Shown: positions 10,157 through 19,632 of the stretch, one piece after another
How positions within the stretch are numbered: the first letter of the stretch is position 1
Layout: each line of letters begins with the position of its first letter
Assembly: GCA_052034975.1 (NCBI GenBank)
Contig: JBPOIA010000003.1
Location: 49,251 to 113,250 of the forward strand
From: Candidatus Moraniibacteriota bacterium
GTDB taxonomy: Bacteria; Patescibacteriota; Minisyncoccia; Moranbacterales; UBA1568
DNA length: 64,000 nt
Direction: 5' to 3'
Translations under genes and position numbers: made by a program
Notes under the pieces: generated by a model
Databases searched by the model: none
Told to the model about the DNA's origin: nothing
What the model saw: only the letters and a program-made list of their open reading frames with translations

Positions 10157-10573
10157 ATGCAAATTCACCAGATTTCTGTTGCAGAGAAGAAACGGCGCAA
10201 GCGCATTGGACGTGGCGGCAAGCGTGGTACGACGTCCGGCCGCGGAACGAAAGGGCAAAAATCACGCTCCGGATCTTCCGTTGATCCTCTGTTCGAAGGT
10301 GGTCGTTCGACTTTTACCGAGCGCCTGAAAAAATTGCGCGGATTCAAATCCATCCATCCGAAAAAGCACACCATCACTTTGACTGATCTCGATCGGACAT
10401 TTGCGGATGGCGAGACCGTCACGCTCGCTCTTTTGGCTGAGCGGGGACTTGTTGCGAAGCGGAAACTCGCGCACGGTGCGAAAATCGTCGCGACCGGAAG
10501 TCTCAAGAAAAAGCTTTCCCTCGGGAAAGATGTGACAGCATCCGCGAAAGCACAAGAGGCGTTCGTCTCCTAG
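10157..10573 (+). CDS. rplO: 50S ribosomal protein L15 (directly after rpsE; no L30 gene between)
   Basis: KRIGRGGKRGTTSGRGTKGQKSRSG..LFEGG. Only a 22-nt spacer separates rpsE (ends 10134) from this gene. Confidence 0.94.
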   Translation: MQIHQISVAEKKRRKRIGRGGKRGTTSGRGTKGQKSRSGSSVDPLFEGGRSTFTERLKKLRGFKSIHPKKHTITLTDLDRTFADGETVTLALLAERGLVAKRKLAHGAKIVATGSLKKKLSLGKDVTASAKAQEAFVS

Positions 10574-10628
10574 ACTGAGGGATGCGAGCGCGGTATACTG
10601 CGCTTGTCCCTGATGCAGAAACAGAACT

Positions 10629-11900
10629 ATGCGCGAAATCCTCATCAACATCTTCAGGATATCCGAACTTCGGAATAAGATTTTTTTCATTCTCGGTCTC
10701 CTCGTCATTTATCGTGCGGCAGCGAACATCCCTCTTCCCGGAGTGGATGTTTTGGCATTGAAACAGTTGTTTGAGGACAATGCGTTTCTTGGACTTCTGA
10801 ACATTTTTTCCGGCGGCGGATTATCCAATATCTCCATCGTGCTGCTTGGTGTCGCGCCATATATCACGGCATCGATCATTATGCAGCTGCTCACGACTAT
10901 CGTGCCGGCGCTCGAACGCCTGTACAAAGAAGAGGGTGAACAGGGCCGTCAGAAGTTCAATATGTGGACACGCTTCCTTACGGTGCCGCTTTCGGCGCTT
11001 CAATCGTTTAGTATGCTTTCGTTACTTCGTTCGCAGAATATCCTGGGAGATATCTCGCCATTTTCGATGGCGGTCATCATTATTAGCGCTACGGCTGGTA
11101 CCGTTTTTCTGATGTGGCTCGGCGAACTTATCACCGAAAAGGGGCTTGGGAACGGCGTCTCGATGATCATTTTCGCCGGAATCATCTCGGGATTACCGAC
11201 CGCCTTTTCCCGTTTTATCGCAACGTGGGATCCTTCGCAGATATTCACGTATCTCCTGTTCTTCCTCTTGGCGGCCGTAACGATCGCGGGTGTCATCTTC
11301 ATCAACGAAGGACAGCGGACGATTCCGGTGGCCTATGCCAAACGGGTGCGTGGAGCGCAGGTCTATGGCGGCGCGGCAACACATCTTCCACTCAAGGTCA
11401 ATCAGGCCGGTGTTATCCCGATCATTTTTGCGGTGTCGCTCATTCTGATCCCGACGATGGTGGCCAATTTCTTGGCCCAGAGCGCGAACGGCAAAGTCGC
11501 CAGCATCGCGGTCTCGGTCGGCGGATGGCTGCAAGATCAACTGGTGTACGGAAGCCTCTATTTTTTCCTGGTGGTGCTGTTCACGTATTTCTATACCGCC
11601 GTCGTATTCGATCCGAACAAGATTTCTGAGAATCTCCAAAAGCAAGGCGGTTATATCCCGGGTATCCGACCGGGGCACACGACCGCCGAATATCTGTATC
11701 ATATCATCAATCGCATTACGCTCGCGGGTTCGGTATTCCTGGGCGTTATTGCTGTCCTGCCGTTCGTCGTGCAGGGAATGACAGGAATTCAAGCGCTTTC
11801 TTTGGGTGGTGTAAGTATCCTCATCGTCGTTTCGGTCGTACTCGAGACGATCAAACATATCCAAAGTCAACTTACGATGCGCAGTTACGAATCTTTCTAA
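10629..11900 (+). CDS. secY: Preprotein translocase subunit SecY
   Basis: 423 aa with 10 predicted TM helices. N-terminus LRNKIFFILGLLVIYRAAANIPLPGVD and the conserved LGVAPYITASIIMQLL. Confidence 0.96.
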   Translation: MREILINIFRISELRNKIFFILGLLVIYRAAANIPLPGVDVLALKQLFEDNAFLGLLNIFSGGGLSNISIVLLGVAPYITASIIMQLLTTIVPALERLYKEEGEQGRQKFNMWTRFLTVPLSALQSFSMLSLLRSQNILGDISPFSMAVIIISATAGTVFLMWLGELITEKGLGNGVSMIIFAGIISGLPTAFSRFIATWDPSQIFTYLLFFLLAAVTIAGVIFINEGQRTIPVAYAKRVRGAQVYGGAATHLPLKVNQAGVIPIIFAVSLILIPTMVANFLAQSANGKVASIAVSVGGWLQDQLVYGSLYFFLVVLFTYFYTAVVFDPNKISENLQKQGGYIPGIRPGHTTAEYLYHIINRITLAGSVFLGVIAVLPFVVQGMTGIQALSLGGVSILIVVSVVLETIKHIQSQLTMRSYESF

Positions 11901-11904
11901 CGCG

Positions 11905-12558
11905 ATGTCGAATAAAAACTATATCTTGCTCGGGCCGCCGGGAAGCGGCAAGAGCACCCAAGCGGAGCTTTTGAGGAAGGCATTCAGCCTCGTCCATATC
12001 GATATGGGCTCGGAATTGCGCGCGGCCGCCGAAGAGGATACGCCGCTCGGGCATACGCTGAACGATATCATCAATCGGCGGCGCGATTTGGTGCCGGACG
12101 AGATTATGCACTCAGTTTTAGGGAATGCGATTCGACGTGTTCCCGCTGACCAGGGGATTCTCATCGACGGAGCGCCTCGTCGCGAAAGTCAGATTGATGA
12201 AGTGGTCAGCGTCCTTGGCTCATTCGGACGGACCATCGATAAGGTTATTTTCATACGGTTGTCGGAAGCGGTATCTGTGGAGCGCATTTCCAAGCGCTTT
12301 CTGTGTTTCGGCTGCCATCGGCCGTATATTTTTGGCAAAGACATAACGGAGAAGGACGCGCGTTGCACGGTGTGCGGCGGGAAGATCAGTCAACGAAAAG
12401 ATGATACTGCCGCCGGCGTAAAAAAACGCTTCCAAATTTTCCATTCGGAAACATTGCCAGTCATCAAACATTTTGAACAGGAAGGAAAGCTTCTGTCTGT
12501 TGACGGCGATCGTGAGGCACAGGCGATTTTTGACGATATTGCCCGAGGAATGAATTGA
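11905..12558 (+). CDS. adk: Adenylate kinase with zinc-binding LID
   Basis: P-loop ILLGPPGSGKSTQAE. LID carries CFGCHRPY..CTVCGG (CxxC..CxxC). Confidence 0.95.
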   Translation: MSNKNYILLGPPGSGKSTQAELLRKAFSLVHIDMGSELRAAAEEDTPLGHTLNDIINRRRDLVPDEIMHSVLGNAIRRVPADQGILIDGAPRRESQIDEVVSVLGSFGRTIDKVIFIRLSEAVSVERISKRFLCFGCHRPYIFGKDITEKDARCTVCGGKISQRKDDTAAGVKKRFQIFHSETLPVIKHFEQEGKLLSVDGDREAQAIFDDIARGMN

Positions 12559-12568
12559 TAAGTATCCT

Positions 12569-13339
12569 ATGTCATCGGATTGGATAAAAACCGAAGACGA
12601 GCTTAGGCGCTTTCGCGAATCGGGAAAGCGTTTGGCATACGTATTGTCCGAGATCGGCCGGAATATTCGGCCGGAAATGACGACGTTCGATATCGATATT
12701 CTGGCGGAGCGTCTCATCCGCGAGCAGGGTGGCATCCCGATATTCAAAGGATATGGAACAGGAAAGCCGTTTCCTGCCTCGCTCTGCACATCGCTTAACG
12801 ACGAGGTCGTGCACGGTATTCCGAGGAAGAATCGAACAATCCGAGAAGGAGATCTTTTAAAACTCGATATCGGGATGCGTTTTGATGGTATGGTGACTGA
12901 TATGGCGCGCACGTTTCCGGTTGGTACGGTGTCGGCGGAAGCGATGAAGCTTCTTTCGGTGACCGAAGAGAGTTTGCGGCGGGGTATCGCCGAGCTTCAT
13001 CCTGGTGCACGGATTTCCGCGTATGCGCGAACAGTGCAAGAGTATGTCGAACAGAACGGATATTCGATCGTGCGCGACTTAGTGGGACACGGAGTGGGTC
13101 GCGAGCTTCATGAGGAACCACAAGTGCCGAATTTCGTATCCCGGGATATGTATGATTTCGTCATCGAGCGCGGAATGACGCTTGCGCTTGAACCGATGGT
13201 GAACAAGGGAGCGTTTACCGTGAAGATCGCTCCGGACGATTGGACATTCGTGACTGCTGACGGATCGCTTTCGGCGCACTTCGAAGATTCGGTCATCATT
13301 ATGGAAAATGGCGCGGAGACCGTAACTTTGTTTGATTGA
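12569..13339 (+). CDS. map: Methionine aminopeptidase type I
   Basis: Metal-ligand context LKLDIGMRFDGMVTDMARTF, HGVGRELHEEP, HFEDSVII. Confidence 0.93.
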   Translation: MSSDWIKTEDELRRFRESGKRLAYVLSEIGRNIRPEMTTFDIDILAERLIREQGGIPIFKGYGTGKPFPASLCTSLNDEVVHGIPRKNRTIREGDLLKLDIGMRFDGMVTDMARTFPVGTVSAEAMKLLSVTEESLRRGIAELHPGARISAYARTVQEYVEQNGYSIVRDLVGHGVGRELHEEPQVPNFVSRDMYDFVIERGMTLALEPMVNKGAFTVKIAPDDWTFVTADGSLSAHFEDSVIIMENGAETVTLFD

Positions 13340-13346
13340 GAACTCT

Positions 13347-13763
13347 ATGACAGAGGGGAACGAGCACTATTTGGGCATCGACTGGGGATCAGCAAAAGTC
13401 GGGTTGTCGCTCGCCCATAGCGAAACCGGTCTCGCACTTCCGTATGCCACACTTCCGAATAACAAAGATCTCATTCGGAAGATCGGAGAAATCATCGTGC
13501 GCGAAGAGGTAGGCACGGTCGTGATCGGTATCCCGTCATATGTAAACCGTGAGGAAGTGGAATATCCGGGAGAAGCGTTCGGGAGACTTCTTGCCGGGCA
13601 TTTTCCGGTCCGAATCGCGTATCAAAATGAGATGTTTACAACCAAGTTGGCCAGGGAACACCTGATCGCTGTCGGTGCCAGGAGAATTTCTGAACACGAC
13701 GACGAGGAAGCCGCGAAAATCATCCTTCAGGAGTGGCTTGATAATTTGAAGAAGGATACATAG
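13347..13763 (+). CDS. ruvX: Putative pre-16S rRNA nuclease / Holliday-junction resolvase-like YqgF
   Basis: YLGIDWGSAKVGLSLA..VVIGIP matches the RuvX/YqgF N-terminal RNase-H-like motif. The ORF-track start at 13332 is TTG; first ATG is 13347. Confidence 0.75.
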   Translation: MTEGNEHYLGIDWGSAKVGLSLAHSETGLALPYATLPNNKDLIRKIGEIIVREEVGTVVIGIPSYVNREEVEYPGEAFGRLLAGHFPVRIAYQNEMFTTKLAREHLIAVGARRISEHDDEEAAKIILQEWLDNLKKDT

Positions 13764-13840
13764 ACGCCCGATGCGCGCCTTTTTCTTTTGTGGTACAATA
13801 AAGACGCGATTCCTGAAATGTCATAACCGCTATTTTCCTT

Positions 13841-14611
13841 ATGGAACAGCCATTTTTGTCAGTCATCATTCCTGCCTATAAAGAAGGGGAGCGTATCGGC
13901 CGGAATTTACTCGAGATAGATAAATATCTCAAAGGAAAGAATTACACATACGAGATTGTCGTCGTTGTGGATGGGTCGCCAGACAATACCGCTGAGGTAG
14001 CGCGAAATTATTCGCTCCAAGTGCCGAATTTGCGTGTCATCGAGAATTCGGAAAACCACGGCAAAGGATACGTCGTTCGTCAGGGGCTCCTTGAAGCCAA
14101 AGGAAACCGAAGGCTTTTTCTTGATGCCGACGGTTCGACATCTATCACGCATCTTGACGCTTTCCTTCCGCAGTTCGAGCAGGGTTACGATGTCGTCATT
14201 GGATCGCGGGATATTGAAGGATCATTCATCCAAGTCCACCAGCAGAAGTGGCGTGAGGTTTTTGGTGATATGGGGAATTGGGCCATTCGCATTGTGCTCG
14301 GTCTTTGGAAATATCCCGATACGCAGTGTGGTTTCAAGATGCTTTCCGGGGAAGCTGCCGATCAGGTCGCGAAGCGTATGGTCGTTGACCGGTTCGGATT
14401 CGATTTCGAACTTATCATTCTCGCGATCAAGCTCGGTTTTACGGTGAAACAGATGCCAGTACGCTGGATGAATGAGGAGGGTTCCACGGTAAAGTTGTTC
14501 GGACCAAATGGATACGTGCAGGTGTTCGTCGATCTTTTCAAGACCAAATGGCGATTGCTCACCGGTTCCTATCGTATTCGGGAATATCAGAAGCGAGGAC
14601 CGACAGCGTGA
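13841..14611 (+). CDS. GT2-family glycosyltransferase (polyprenyl-phosphate sugar synthase-like, DPM1/ArnC type)
   Basis: LSVIIPAYKEGERI..VVVVDGSPDNT..LFLDADGST (DxD)..CGFKML, typical of Dpm1/ArnC-like GT2. Confidence 0.85.
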   Translation: MEQPFLSVIIPAYKEGERIGRNLLEIDKYLKGKNYTYEIVVVVDGSPDNTAEVARNYSLQVPNLRVIENSENHGKGYVVRQGLLEAKGNRRLFLDADGSTSITHLDAFLPQFEQGYDVVIGSRDIEGSFIQVHQQKWREVFGDMGNWAIRIVLGLWKYPDTQCGFKMLSGEAADQVAKRMVVDRFGFDFELIILAIKLGFTVKQMPVRWMNEEGSTVKLFGPNGYVQVFVDLFKTKWRLLTGSYRIREYQKRGPTA

Positions 14612-14642
14612 GTGTCACACCGAAATCAGCAAAAAGAAAAAA

Positions 14643-15674
14643 ATGACCGAGACAACCGTCGAAAAAACAAAAAACGCGACGCCGTACGAATCCGAGCTCA
14701 GGCAGGATATCGTGACTGGCGACTGGGTAGTGATTGCGACCGGCCGGGCCAAGCGACCGAACGATTTTGTGAAGCCGGATCATTTTCGGACTATCGATCA
14801 GGACGATCCCTTCGAACATCCCGAATCAAGTGGACAGGAGAAGGACGTGCTCATTTACCGGCGCGACGATGGTGATTGGAGTCTGCGTGTATTTCCGAAC
14901 AAATACCCGGCATTCTCGCGTGGACGCGTAGCCAAAGATCTTTCCGAAGGGCCGTATTTTTCGATGAGCGGATCGGGATATCACGAAGTGGTCGTTACGA
15001 GGGATGCACGGAAATCCATCGCGCTTCTCGAAACGTGGCAGGTTGCCGAGGTGTTGGATGCGTATCAGGAACGATTCCTCGCTCTGATGAACAAGAAAAG
15101 CGTCAATTATATCCAAATTTTCCACAATCACGGCAAGGAGGCGGGGGCATCCATCGCGCATCCGCACTCGCAGCTGATGGCTATTCCTGTTATTTCGCCG
15201 TATATTGATCTCGAATTGCGTGGTGCCGAACAGTATTACAAGCAGAATCGTCAGAAGGTTTTCGGTGTCGTCGCCGAATATGAGGGCGAGTCCCAGAAAC
15301 GGCTCGTGTTTGAGAACGATCACTTCATTGCTTTCTGTCCGTTCGCTTCGCGGGCGGCATTTGAGGTATGGATTGTTGGGAAACGGCCGAACCCGTATTT
15401 CGAACGGATTACTGATGAAGAGAAATTCGCCTGCGCTGAGGCGTTGCGGATGACGCTTCGCTCCGTTTATGACGGCTTGAACGATCCGCCGTACAATTTC
15501 TATATCCATACGGCACCCTGCGATGGTAGGGATTACCCGCAGTATCAGTGGCATATCGAGATCCTTCCGCATACGGCGACATGGGCCGGCTTCGAGCTTT
15601 CCACGGGCATCGAGATTTCCACGATTCAGCCGGAGGCGGCCGCCGAATACCTTCGCTCGAAGATTGCTTCATAA
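14643..15674 (+). CDS. galT: GalT-type HIT-family nucleotidyltransferase (galactose-1-phosphate uridylyltransferase-like)
   Basis: HxHxQ motif IAHPHSQLMAIP. C-terminal half-domain FENDHFIAFCPFASRAAFEVWIV. The 5' part of ORF 14508-15674 overlaps the GT2 gene and was rejected; the ATG at 14643 follows the GT2 stop. Confidence 0.7.
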   Translation: MTETTVEKTKNATPYESELRQDIVTGDWVVIATGRAKRPNDFVKPDHFRTIDQDDPFEHPESSGQEKDVLIYRRDDGDWSLRVFPNKYPAFSRGRVAKDLSEGPYFSMSGSGYHEVVVTRDARKSIALLETWQVAEVLDAYQERFLALMNKKSVNYIQIFHNHGKEAGASIAHPHSQLMAIPVISPYIDLELRGAEQYYKQNRQKVFGVVAEYEGESQKRLVFENDHFIAFCPFASRAAFEVWIVGKRPNPYFERITDEEKFACAEALRMTLRSVYDGLNDPPYNFYIHTAPCDGRDYPQYQWHIEILPHTATWAGFELSTGIEISTIQPEAAAEYLRSKIAS

Positions 15675-15694
15675 ACTCTTTCCGGAAGATTCTT

Positions 15695-16486
15695 ATGCCG
15701 ATACGTACGTTTTATGTTGTGGGAAATCTGAAGATGAATATGCTCTCGCGCGAGGAAGCGGCGCAGTATCTTGCCGTTTTCGATCGGGAAGCGCAGAGCA
15801 AAGAATACGCGAATGTTCTCGGTATCGTGTGTCCGTCGTTCGTGTATATTTCCCAGTTCGATAGTTTGCCTTCTGTCGTCAAAAAGGGTGCTCAGGATGT
15901 TTTTTGGGAAAAATCCGGTGCGTATACCGGAGAGATTTCCCCGGCGATGCTCAAGGATCAGGGTGTCGAATACGTCCTGATTGGCCATAGTGAACGGCGG
16001 ATATACGGTGGAGAAACGAATGAACAGATACGGGAGAAAACGATCGCTGCGCTCAAACATCATTTGACACCGATCGTATGTATCGGCGAAACGGATGCGG
16101 AGCGGCGCAATGAGAAGACCGATGTCGCGATCGCCAAACAGGTGGAAAGCGTTTTTTCTGGATTGTCGAAAGCGCAGGCGGAAAAAATCATCCTCGCGTA
16201 CGAACCGCGCTGGGCTATCGGAACGGACAAAACACCAACGACAGCAGAGATTCTCCAGGTACGCGTCCTTTTACGCAAGATGCTCACGGAATCGTTCGAT
16301 GTTCAGACCGCGGAGAGGATCGCGGTTCTCTATGGCGGATCGGTAAAGAGCGGATTTTTGCCAACGGTATCGTGGGAAGCGCAAATGGATGGCGTGCTCG
16401 TCGGGCGCGAAAGCCTGTTTCCGTACGAGCTTCTAAAAATGATGACGATGTTTCAAGAAGAAGCGGATCGGCAGAAGGGAACATAA
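15695..16486 (+). CDS. tpiA: Triosephosphate isomerase
   Basis: FYVVGNLKMN..VLIGHSERR..IVCIGE..ILAYEPRWAIGT..VLYGGSV. The ATG at 15695 is internal to ORF 15548-16486. Confidence 0.93.
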   Translation: MPIRTFYVVGNLKMNMLSREEAAQYLAVFDREAQSKEYANVLGIVCPSFVYISQFDSLPSVVKKGAQDVFWEKSGAYTGEISPAMLKDQGVEYVLIGHSERRIYGGETNEQIREKTIAALKHHLTPIVCIGETDAERRNEKTDVAIAKQVESVFSGLSKAQAEKIILAYEPRWAIGTDKTPTTAEILQVRVLLRKMLTESFDVQTAERIAVLYGGSVKSGFLPTVSWEAQMDGVLVGRESLFPYELLKMMTMFQEEADRQKGT

Positions 16487-16496
16487 GTGAAAGGAT

Positions 16497-17354
16497 ATGC
16501 TCACGAACGTCAAGGAAATATTGGAACAAGCAAAGACCGGTGGATATGCTGTCGGCGCGTTCAACACGGTCAATCTCGAAACGACGCGGGCGATCCTCGA
16601 GACGGCCGCCGAGCTCTCTTCTCCCGTCATCGTGCAGATGACGGAAAAAACGTTCGATTTCGCCGGTGGACGAGCGATCTTTCATTTGGTAAAAAACATT
16701 GCCGAATTTTACGCCAAGGATATTCCGGTGGGTATCCATCTCGATCACGGGAAGAGTTTCGAAGTCGTGGAGCGGGCGATGGATATCGGTTTTACCTCGG
16801 TGATGTATGACGGTTCACGCAAAGGATATGCCGATAATCTGATGATGACGAAAAGGATCGTGGAAATCGCCCATAGCCGCGGTGTCGTGGTGCAAGCGGA
16901 GCTCGGGAACGTGCCCTATCTCGGAGAAATGCAGATGGATACGATACAATGGGAAAAATATATGACTGATCCCGATCAGGCGGCGCAATTCGTCCGTGAG
17001 ACGGGCATCGATACGCTGGCGGTCGCGATCGGAAATGCGCACGGATTTTTTCGCGAGCGTTCCGAGCCCGATTACGATCGGTTGACGGCTATCGCATCGA
17101 TCGTCGATATTCCGCTCGTTCTGCACGGAGCATCGGATTGGCAAAACGGACGTGTGAAAGAAGTCATCAAGCGGGGGATCAATTGTTTCAACGTCGATAC
17201 TGCCCTCCGGATGGCTTTCATTGGCGGATTGCGCGATGCTCTCCGTTCCGAAGAAGAAATGGATCTGCGCAAGGTAATGGGAAACGCCAAGGAATATACC
17301 AAAAACGCCGTAAAGGAAAAGATGGTCATTTTCGGCAGTGCCGGGAAGGCGTAA
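16497..17354 (+). CDS. fba: Fructose-bisphosphate aldolase class II
   Basis: GGYAVGAFN..VIVQMTE..IHLDHG..LAVAIGNAHG..LVLHGASD. Confidence 0.92.
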   Translation: MLTNVKEILEQAKTGGYAVGAFNTVNLETTRAILETAAELSSPVIVQMTEKTFDFAGGRAIFHLVKNIAEFYAKDIPVGIHLDHGKSFEVVERAMDIGFTSVMYDGSRKGYADNLMMTKRIVEIAHSRGVVVQAELGNVPYLGEMQMDTIQWEKYMTDPDQAAQFVRETGIDTLAVAIGNAHGFFRERSEPDYDRLTAIASIVDIPLVLHGASDWQNGRVKEVIKRGINCFNVDTALRMAFIGGLRDALRSEEEMDLRKVMGNAKEYTKNAVKEKMVIFGSAGKA

Positions 17355-17377
17355 AATATCGTATTAATGGAATTTTT

Positions 17378-18382
17378 ATGACGAAAAAGAGAATCGCTAT
17401 CAACGGATTCGGCCGGATCGGTCGGGCGGCATTCAAGATCGCATTGGAGAAGAACGATCTCGAGATCGTCGCTATCAACGACCTTACGAGTCCGGATATC
17501 CTGGCACATCTCCTCCGTTATGATACGGCGTACGGGCACTATCGTCGGTCGGTTGAAGCGGGAGAAAAGTCTCTTCTTGTGGACAAGACGGAATTTCCGG
17601 TATATGCCGAACCGGATCCGAAGAAACTTCCCTGGAAGGATCTTCGTGTAGATGTCGTCCTCGAATGCACCGGACGGTTTACCGACAAGGGGAGTGCGGC
17701 ACAGCATATCGAGGCCGGTGCCAAGAAAGTCATCCTTTCCGCACCTTCCAAGGGCGATGATGGTTCTGTGCCGACATTCCTTATCGGCGTGAATGATGAC
17801 ACCTACGCGAATGAGACAGTGATTTCCAATGCCTCCTGTACGACGAATTGTCTCGCACCTGTCGCTCAGGTGCTTCACGACGCGTTTGGCATCGAGAAAG
17901 CTATTATGACGACGATCCATTCTTATACCGCCGATCAAAATCTGCAGGATGGTCCGCACAAGGACCTGCGTCGCGCCCGGGCTGCCGCGCAGAATATCGT
18001 CCCGACGACGACCGGTGCCGCCCTCGCCGTAACACAGGTCATCCCAGAGCTTAAAGGACTTTTTGATGGGCTTTCGATGCGCGTTCCAACGATCGTGGTG
18101 TCACTTTCAGATTTCACGTTTGTGCTCAAACAATCGGTAACCAAAGAAGCCGTGAACGAAGCGCTTCGCAAGGCGGCCGCCGAAGTGAAATACAAGAATG
18201 TTTTGGCGGTGACCGATGAGCCGCTCGTTTCGTCAGATTTTATTGGGAATCCATATTCAAGCATCGTGGATTTGTCGCTGACCAAGGTGATCGGAGGCGA
18301 CTTGGTGAAAGTGGTCGCGTGGTACGATAACGAATGGGGGTATTCGAACCGTCTTATCGAGATGGCAGAACGTATCGGATAA
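17378..18382 (+). CDS. gap: Glyceraldehyde-3-phosphate dehydrogenase
   Basis: INGFGRIGR..NASCTTNCLAP..WYDNEWGYSNR. The ATG at 17378 is internal to ORF 17138-18382, whose 5' part overlaps fba. Confidence 0.95.
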   Translation: MTKKRIAINGFGRIGRAAFKIALEKNDLEIVAINDLTSPDILAHLLRYDTAYGHYRRSVEAGEKSLLVDKTEFPVYAEPDPKKLPWKDLRVDVVLECTGRFTDKGSAAQHIEAGAKKVILSAPSKGDDGSVPTFLIGVNDDTYANETVISNASCTTNCLAPVAQVLHDAFGIEKAIMTTIHSYTADQNLQDGPHKDLRRARAAAQNIVPTTTGAALAVTQVIPELKGLFDGLSMRVPTIVVSLSDFTFVLKQSVTKEAVNEALRKAAAEVKYKNVLAVTDEPLVSSDFIGNPYSSIVDLSLTKVIGGDLVKVVAWYDNEWGYSNRLIEMAERIG

Positions 18383-18401
18383 GGAAAAGACAGGCACTCT
18401 T

Positions 18402-19613
18402 ATGAAAAAAAAGGAGGCACGTCCGGCGACGGATGTGGAACAATATAATGTCCGTTTGGAGGAAATCGCTGAAACAAGATTCGGAACGTTTTCCGATGAA
18501 GAAATCGCGGTCATTCTCAATGAGCGCCGGGAAATATCCGATTTTTTGGAACGCGAAGAGACGCGGCGCCGCGAAGAGGAGGCTCGCTTCCAGTCGCTCG
18601 AACGCGAACGATCCGAAATAGAAGAACAGCTCAGTACGCTCAATCGATCCATTTCTCCCGATAAGGATGATGACGAGCTTCTGAAACTGATAGAGGAACG
18701 CCGGACGCTTGAGAAACAGCTTGAACGTATTCGGCAGGAGTTGAGAGCGTCGGAGAACATTGTTTTAGAAAAAGGAGCGGCTGCGCAAGAAGGAGATGTC
18801 CCGTCGACACCGGAGACTTCCGTTTTGGATACCGAAGAAGACAACCGTCCTTCTCGAGAGGAAAAACCGCAGGAAAACCGAAAAGAACCAAAAGAAGAGT
18901 TGACAGAAGAGGCTTCTCCCGAGCCGATTGAATCTTCAGAAACAGTCCCGAGCGTTTCTTTGAAACAGGATTTCGGTGAACAGAAAATCGACATCAATCA
19001 GCTTGAAGAGAGCGCAGAAATGAGAGAATACCTCAAACAGCTGCAAGGGAATGTCGAATCTTTGGGAATGCTGCTTCAGGGGATGCCGGACACGGCCAAG
19101 GCTAATCGCGTGTTTATGCTGAAAGTGGCAGAAATCGACCCGGCGTACGCGATGCACTACGCGAGTGACACGCTCAGGCACGACGAACATTTCAACGTAC
19201 TGGTTGCTGGAATGCCGAATCGGCGCAACTCTGGAAACGCGCTGTCCGAAATGCTTCCTGAAGCACGGACGGCTCCGGTCGTTATGGCCGGTGTCAAGCA
19301 GGATTTCCGGAATATCCGGTTCGCGTCGCCCGATATGGAAGGGTATCGAGAGATGATTGATATCGCGAAAAAAGGCGCCTTGCAGAAACTGAAAGCGTTA
19401 AAGGAAAGTGTCGATGTCACGCTTCTTATCCCGAAGATCCTACAGAAAGATAAGGAATTTATGGGCGAAGCGGAACGATTGGTTATGTCGGGATCTCCAA
19501 AAGACGAGACAGATGCCGAACCGAAAGCGAAAGAAGAGCGTTCTGCGTTGAAAACTCCGGCTTCAACCAAGGAGGAGCGAAGCGTCTGGCGCATCCATCA
19601 TAGCGAGCTATAA
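18402..19613 (+). CDS. Hypothetical protein: N-terminal Glu/Arg coiled-coil, acidic low-complexity linker, C-terminal DUF4116-like repeat
   Basis: RREEEARFQSLERERSEIEEQL coiled-coil. C-terminal VFMLKVAEIDPAYAMHYASDTLRHDEHFNVLVAGM resembles DUF4116 repeat units. No enzymatic motif seen. Confidence 0.55.
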   Translation: MKKKEARPATDVEQYNVRLEEIAETRFGTFSDEEIAVILNERREISDFLEREETRRREEEARFQSLERERSEIEEQLSTLNRSISPDKDDDELLKLIEERRTLEKQLERIRQELRASENIVLEKGAAAQEGDVPSTPETSVLDTEEDNRPSREEKPQENRKEPKEELTEEASPEPIESSETVPSVSLKQDFGEQKIDINQLEESAEMREYLKQLQGNVESLGMLLQGMPDTAKANRVFMLKVAEIDPAYAMHYASDTLRHDEHFNVLVAGMPNRRNSGNALSEMLPEARTAPVVMAGVKQDFRNIRFASPDMEGYREMIDIAKKGALQKLKALKESVDVTLLIPKILQKDKEFMGEAERLVMSGSPKDETDAEPKAKEERSALKTPASTKEERSVWRIHHSEL

Positions 19614-19632
19614 GGAGATAAAGGATACCGTG

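Noticed and set aside
14508-14642. 5' extension of the galT-like ORF overlapping the GT2 gene; likewise 17138-17377 (gap over fba), 15548-15694 (tpiA over galT), 51000-51152 (DUF192 over the transferase) and 53921-54148 (prmC over prfA).
   Set aside because: The extensions overlap the 3' ends of well-supported upstream genes in another frame. Homology begins at the internal ATG chosen.
18257-18997. 246-aa Ser-rich minus-strand ORF.
   Set aside because: It is antisense to the Glu/Arg-rich coiled-coil gene 18402-19613. The poly-Ser arises from complementing GAA/GAG-rich codons.
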